Source: Rhynchopus sp. YZ270_cl-10 (Eukaryota). Taken from it: a stretch of 64,000 bases of DNA. A model generated the notes under the pieces. It was given only the letters and a program-made list of their open reading frames with translations, was not told where the DNA came from and ran no database searches. Shown piece by piece: positions 60,401-64,000 of this stretch (position 1 is the first letter of the stretch; each line of letters begins with the position of its first letter). Both the position numbers and the translations under genes were made by a program. The DNA lies in NCBI GenBank assembly GCA_964035575.1, contig OZ037833.1:1984001-2048000 (forward strand), in the 5' to 3' direction.

Positions 60401-63185
60401 CGATCTCCACGGCCTTGTTGTTGCCGCCACCCTCCATGTACTCGGTGATCACCACAATCGGAGTGCCCGTCGGAGTAGAGCCAGCATCAGAGCTGTCGCT
60501 GCTGCTGTCAGTGGTGCCCTTCAGTTTCAGCGCCACCACAACAGGGTCGTGGTCCGAGGAACGGAACACACCTCCGTTGGCGTATCCAGGGTAGCGCTTG
60601 TAGGCCTCAGAGTACGTCATCTGGTACAGCTCGTTGGAGTTGATGTTCCAGTGCTTCGCAGACTGCACCTCCATGGCAAGGTATTCGTTCGCAAAAGCAA
60701 AGTCGAGGGAGGTGACCAGGCCGAATCCGATGTAAGAATGCCCTTCCGATGCGATGTTACGGAATTTGTACGTCTTTGTCACATCCTCAGCAGAGATGCT
60801 ACCTTCCGCTTCAGCGGTGTCGTTAACGATGTGACCAGCAGAGCGGATGGTGTAGCCACGTGTGCCCGGTGTGTAGTCCGTGAGCACGGCGATAGGGTCC
60901 TCAGCACTGTTCGAGTTGAAGTCGCCAAGAAGCATCACACGCATGGACACATCCCCTCCCTGAAGTGCCTCACCCAACGTCACAGCAGCAGAGACACGGA
61001 ACGCACTGCAGCTGCCTTGAATCACGTCAATGTCAGATGGGTTTTCGCGCACGTCTTCATAACACTCACTTCCCTTGGACTTCATGTGGTTCACAACAAC
61101 AGTGATGTTCTCGCCAGACGCAATCTCACGGAAGGTTTGCACCAAGGCAGGACGCATCTGCTTCAGTGTCGTTGAGCTGCCAGTCATAAACTTCTGCTGA
61201 GGCATCGGGATGATCCACGAGTCTGAAACAGTCTCAACAAGTGCCGGACGGTAGATGATACCACATGTGACGACGTCAGAGCCAATCTGAGTCTCGTTCA
61301 CAAGGGATACGAAGCTGTAGTGCTTGGCGGTGTCGGTGAATTTTGCGTTGAGCCTCTCCACAAGTGACGCCAGTGCACTGTCTGAGCCGAACCCGTCGTT
61401 CTCGATCTCCATGAGCCCCACAATCGCAGCGTCCATCACGACCAGCGAGTTCACAATCTTTGTTGCTTGGAGGTCGAACTCCACGTAGCCGGTGGCACCT
61501 CTGTTCTCGGAATAGGAGAACGTGGTCTTCCCGTCAACAACCTTCCCGTTGAAGTAGTTCAGCACGTTGAACGAAGCCACCACAAGTGCGTCTGTCCTGT
61601 TGAACCCTTCCACGCTGGATGATGAGGGGCGGTTGTCCTCAATGGTAATTGTGGACATTGGCACTGTGCGCCATGTCGAGTACGAGTACATCAACGGACC
61701 TGTCACACCAGATACCTGGGCGCCAATGTTGATGGGCTTCTGGAACAGAGGAAGGTGCGGGTACCACTCCAGCACAGAGGGGTACGAGGACGAGGAGCTG
61801 TCTTCCACGACAAATGTTCCCTCCTTGTTCGCCTCACGTGTATCGTTGTACGCAGCTGTGAAGGGGGCACCTCTGTTGCTTGGCGCCCAGCGGATCTGTG
61901 GACCACAAGTGATCTCTCCATACTTCCACGTGTTGAAGGTGTCAGTGATGACCATGTCGCCAACCACAGTGATCAACATACCCTCGAAGGCCTCAAGAGC
62001 TGTGCTGTTTGCAATGCTAATGTTGGTTGCAGACGGAACCGTACCGCCCAGCGTGCATTCTGTCGCGGGCCCTGCGTCTGTGAGTGCGGTCATCCCGTGG
62101 CTCTCTTCAACAGTTCCAGTCACACGGACGAGAGTGTTGATCGGGACATTTGGTGCTGTGCCCTTCACGTAGAGACCCTCTGATGTGGCATCGTCGCCGT
62201 CGTAGTCCTCAAGCTCCTCCTGCAGGAAGTAGCCGCCACCGTTGCTGCCGATGTAGAGAGCCTCCACCACGACCGCTTGCCCCACGAGGGGGGACTCATC
62301 CGAGGCGCCTTGCACTTCACTGATCTTGACTGCTGTGAGCCCACACTGCTCGACTGGGATGATTACGGGTGCATCCGTCTCAGCAATGCTCCCAGCACAG
62401 GCAGCAAGCCCCACACAACCAAACCCATTTGTCGCCCCTGCGACGACAGCCGTGAACACCGACCCCACCAGAGACGCAAACCCCTCTGGGTTAGCGACGT
62501 TCTCGCCTCCTCTTCTGATGGTCAGACCCTTCAGCCATGATGTCTCCATGGGGACCACCCCTACCAGGTCGATCAGCACTCCCCCGAACACCAGCCCTAC
62601 TGCACCTCCATTGGGCGCAAACACACGCTTCTCCACCACCGCTGCACTCAAGGTTGGCTGCAGGAACAACACCTCAGCCGCACTGTGCGCGAGAACCAAC
62701 ACACCCCCTGGGGGAAGCACGCCGGTGGACACCACGATATTCTGCGTCGCATCGGCAGAACCGACGCTGTAGATTGCGAATGTGAGTGGCGTTGCGGCGA
62801 AGGTGATGTAGCTGTCTCCGATGTTGGTCACTTCCGCAGCGGTATTGTTCCCATTCTCCATGTACTCCGTGATGAGGAGGGGTGCAGACGGGACGAGGGG
62901 TGTCGGGGGGACACTGGTTGGGGGGGCACCGGTTGGGACGGCCGTAGTGACCACCTCCTTCAAAGGCGTCTCGGTCACAGGAACCTCTGTAGGAGGCGAC
63001 TGGGTGGTTTTCGGCGACGACCCTGTGTCGTACCGCTCCTTCCCAATCCCGAACCCTACTCCGATCCCCACACCAAGACCGCACACCATCACCACAGCAA
63101 CAGCAAAAATCTTCATCGGCAGCGAAATCCCTGACCCCTTCGCAGGCACACATCCACTCTCCGAGTCGGGTGCTCTTTTTCCCAT
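57441..63185 (-). CDS. ExeM/NucH/Xds-family extracellular nuclease, type II membrane-anchored: TM-LTD-OB-EEP-LTD-OB-EEP-LTD (1914 aa)
   Basis: EEP motifs VASFNVLNYFNG, GLMEIEND, VVNHMKSKGS, LLGDFNS and SSDHDPV each occur twice. The OB-like ISEVQG..GYFLQE..TSEGLYV occurs twice. There are three lamin-tail-like ITEYME..NNKAVEI..FNGNDAV.L modules, and an N-terminal hydrophobic anchor followed by a Pro/Thr linker. Confidence 0.95.
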   Translation of the reverse strand: MGKRAPDSESGCVPAKGSGISLPMKIFAVAVVMVCGLGVGIGVGFGIGKERYDTGSSPKTTQSPPTEVPVTETPLKEVVTTAVPTGAPPTSVPPTPLVPSAPLLITEYMENGNNTAAEVTNIGDSYITFAATPLTFAIYSVGSADATQNIVVSTGVLPPGGVLVLAHSAAEVLFLQPTLSAAVVEKRVFAPNGGAVGLVFGGVLIDLVGVVPMETSWLKGLTIRRGGENVANPEGFASLVGSVFTAVVAGATNGFGCVGLAACAGSIAETDAPVIIPVEQCGLTAVKISEVQGASDESPLVGQAVVVEALYIGSNGGGYFLQEELEDYDGDDATSEGLYVKGTAPNVPINTLVRVTGTVEESHGMTALTDAGPATECTLGGTVPSATNISIANSTALEAFEGMLITVVGDMVITDTFNTWKYGEITCGPQIRWAPSNRGAPFTAAYNDTREANKEGTFVVEDSSSSSYPSVLEWYPHLPLFQKPINIGAQVSGVTGPLMYSYSTWRTVPMSTITIEDNRPSSSSVEGFNRTDALVVASFNVLNYFNGKVVDGKTTFSYSENRGATGYVEFDLQATKIVNSLVVMDAAIVGLMEIENDGFGSDSALASLVERLNAKFTDTAKHYSFVSLVNETQIGSDVVTCGIIYRPALVETVSDSWIIPMPQQKFMTGSSTTLKQMRPALVQTFREIASGENITVVVNHMKSKGSECYEDVRENPSDIDVIQGSCSAFRVSAAVTLGEALQGGDVSMRVMLLGDFNSNSAEDPIAVLTDYTPGTRGYTIRSAGHIVNDTAEAEGSISAEDVTKTYKFRNIASEGHSYIGFGLVTSLDFAFANEYLAMEVQSAKHWNINSNELYQMTYSEAYKRYPGYANGGVFRSSDHDPVVVALKLKGTTDSSSDSSDAGSTPTGTPIVVITEYMEGGGNNKAVEIGNVGGGVVDFSVTPYVVAVFRKGNSVMSESLRITSGTLVAGEVLVVAHSSAADLFDMPNVQNTRIILFGSLGFNGDDAVALLDGVGTIIDLVGVIPMSTKFLPDVTLRRPASDTTPNPTGFASLAESVFVSNPKDTMDGFGCLGAVACGEAPPVEGGTPAPTTALGLCGDGIEVKISEVQGASDESPLVGQAVVVEALYIGSNGGGYFLQEELEDYDDDDATSEGLYVKGTAPNVPINTLVRVTGTVEESYWMTALTDAGPATECTLGGTVPSATNINIANSTALEAFEGMLITVVGDMVITDTFNTWKYGEIICGPQIRWKPSDRGAPFTTVYNDTLEANKEGTFVVEDSSSSSYPSVLEWYPHLPMFQKPINIGAQVSGVTGPLMYSYSTWRTVPQSTITLENNRPSKTSVEGFNRTDALVVASFNVLNYFNGKVVDGKTTFSYSENRGATGYVEFDLQATKIVNSLVVMDAAIVGLMEIENDGFDSDSALASLVDRLNAKFTDTDQHYSFVSLANETQIGSDAITCGIIYRPALVETVSDSWIIPMPQQKFMTGSSTTLKQMRPALVQTFREIASGENITVVVNHMKSKGSECYEDVRENPSDIDVIQGSCSAFRVSAAVTLGEALEKADVAIRVMLLGDFNSNSAEDPMAVITDYTPDTHGYTIRSADYIVDDITEAEGSISAKDVTKTYKFQNIGHEGYSYIFSGEVSSLDFALGNERVVMEVQSAKHWNINSNELYQMTYSEAYKRYPGYANEDVFRSSDHDPVVVALQMRHIDSTASPYDATSAPATPAPPTVAPDTPAPDTDVPAPVAGGLIFTEYMEGSGNNKAVEIANMGSTTIDFSVTNYQIVTYTSGNSASQQSAYSLTTGTLAPGEVMIAVHGSVDASFNTQASVVAVRSETASLSFNGNDAVGLLDKDGVVTDLIGFLGSMGNIIKDQTIRRDPSDTGPNPTGFTTVASSTWTAFTKNDHTGFGCTGLSACP

Positions 63186-63411
63186 TTTTCCTTTTCTCTA
63201 TCAAATTTATCTGTTTGTTTAGGATGGAGGGAAGGGGGAGGAAGTATGGTTTGTTAAGGTGGGATGGTTGCAAAATAATGGGGGAGTAGGGGGGAAGGTT
63301 CGTTGGTCAATCTTGGTACTGTCAACTCTCTCGGTTGGAGCCCTTCGAGTGGCTCCGATATTTTAAACAAAGCGGGGGAAAAGGTGCTGTAAAAGAGAAA
63401 AAAAAACGAAG

Positions 63412-63694
63412 GGAAAACTAAACATAACATTATACCAACTGATCTGTCTTTACTACTCTACTACTATGTCTTTTTTCGTTGACCGCAGCCATTTAGGCTC
63501 TTTGCCTATGACGCACATGATAATGGATGAGGGGGAGGATTCAAAAGGAAAAAGCGTAAAGACAGATCTATCGTTGGTTTTAAATATGTTTAGTTTCCAA
63601 TCACACTTCGTGTGTGCAAAAACTAAACATAACATTATACCAACTGATCTGTCTTTACTACTCTACTACTATGTCTTTTTTCGTTGACCGCAGC
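63412..63694. repeat. Foldback element plus exact 76-bp direct duplicate of its left arm
   Basis: 63414-63489 equals 63619-63694. An imperfect inverted copy of the arm lies at about 63557-63598. Confidence 0.8.
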
Positions 63695-64000
63695 ATGACC
63701 CAAAGGGACCGCGCAGCGGAATAGTAGCATAGTACGGAGTTAAACGGGGAAGAAAAAAGGGGGGAAACGGTAGGAAAAGAAAGAAAAACGGTAAACACAG
63801 CACCGAGCAAGCCAGCACTCACAGAAAGAAATCGTGTTGATATCCATTCGCCGTCTCGAAGACAGTGGATAAGGGGGGGGCCGTAAGCGCAAGGAGTGCC
63901 AAGCATAGTCAGCACACCCCATACAGGGGAACACATTTCATACAAAAATAAAAGCGCATGGTGCACGAAGCAGAGTCAGTACCATCAAACGGGAGAGCAA

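Noticed and set aside
57480..61175. 415- and 448-aa plus-strand ORFs, and similar plus-strand ORFs at 195-3807
   Set aside because: They are antisense shadows of GC3-rich minus-strand genes with no protein-like motifs.
1..64000. rRNA, tRNA or spliced-leader RNA genes
   Set aside because: No recognisable cloverleaf, rRNA segment or SL exon seen by eye. The CGAGAG loop resembles the sarcin-ricin tetraloop but lacks its flanking AGUA/GAA context.

Overview
Eukaryotic, repeat-rich DNA, probably from a euglenozoan protist. A diplonemid is the best inference, because all 10 protein genes lie on the minus strand like a polycistronic unit, polypyrimidine+AG tracts precede start codons, and short GTAT..CAG introns are present. 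Genes, right to left: a 1914-aa intronless membrane-anchored ExeM/Xds-type nuclease with an internally duplicated LTD-OB-EEP module (probable bacterial HGT); an MSP+EF-hand+polyQ protein; a Pro/Gln-rich hypothetical; an MGCGAS-type acylated protein; a two-RRM protein; a Ser/Arg-rich hypothetical; a two-TM hypothetical; an Msp1/ATAD1 AAA ATPase; a PDZ+3xTudor protein; and a TmcB/TmcC-like polytopic membrane protein that runs off the left edge. I reconstructed ten introns by hand. The intergenic DNA, including a ~22-kb gene-free block (19-41 kb), holds many non-autonomous DNA transposons. Their TSDs are 2 bp, TA, TTAA, 5, 6, 7, 8 and 9-11 bp, and several are nested and carry a shared cargo module with perfect (CAGTATACA)n arrays. 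The most unexpected signal is roughly 50 copies of three short hairpin families with different stems but one shared C-GAGA-G loop, all co-oriented with the genes. Copy counts and domain calls are by eye, and no searches were run.
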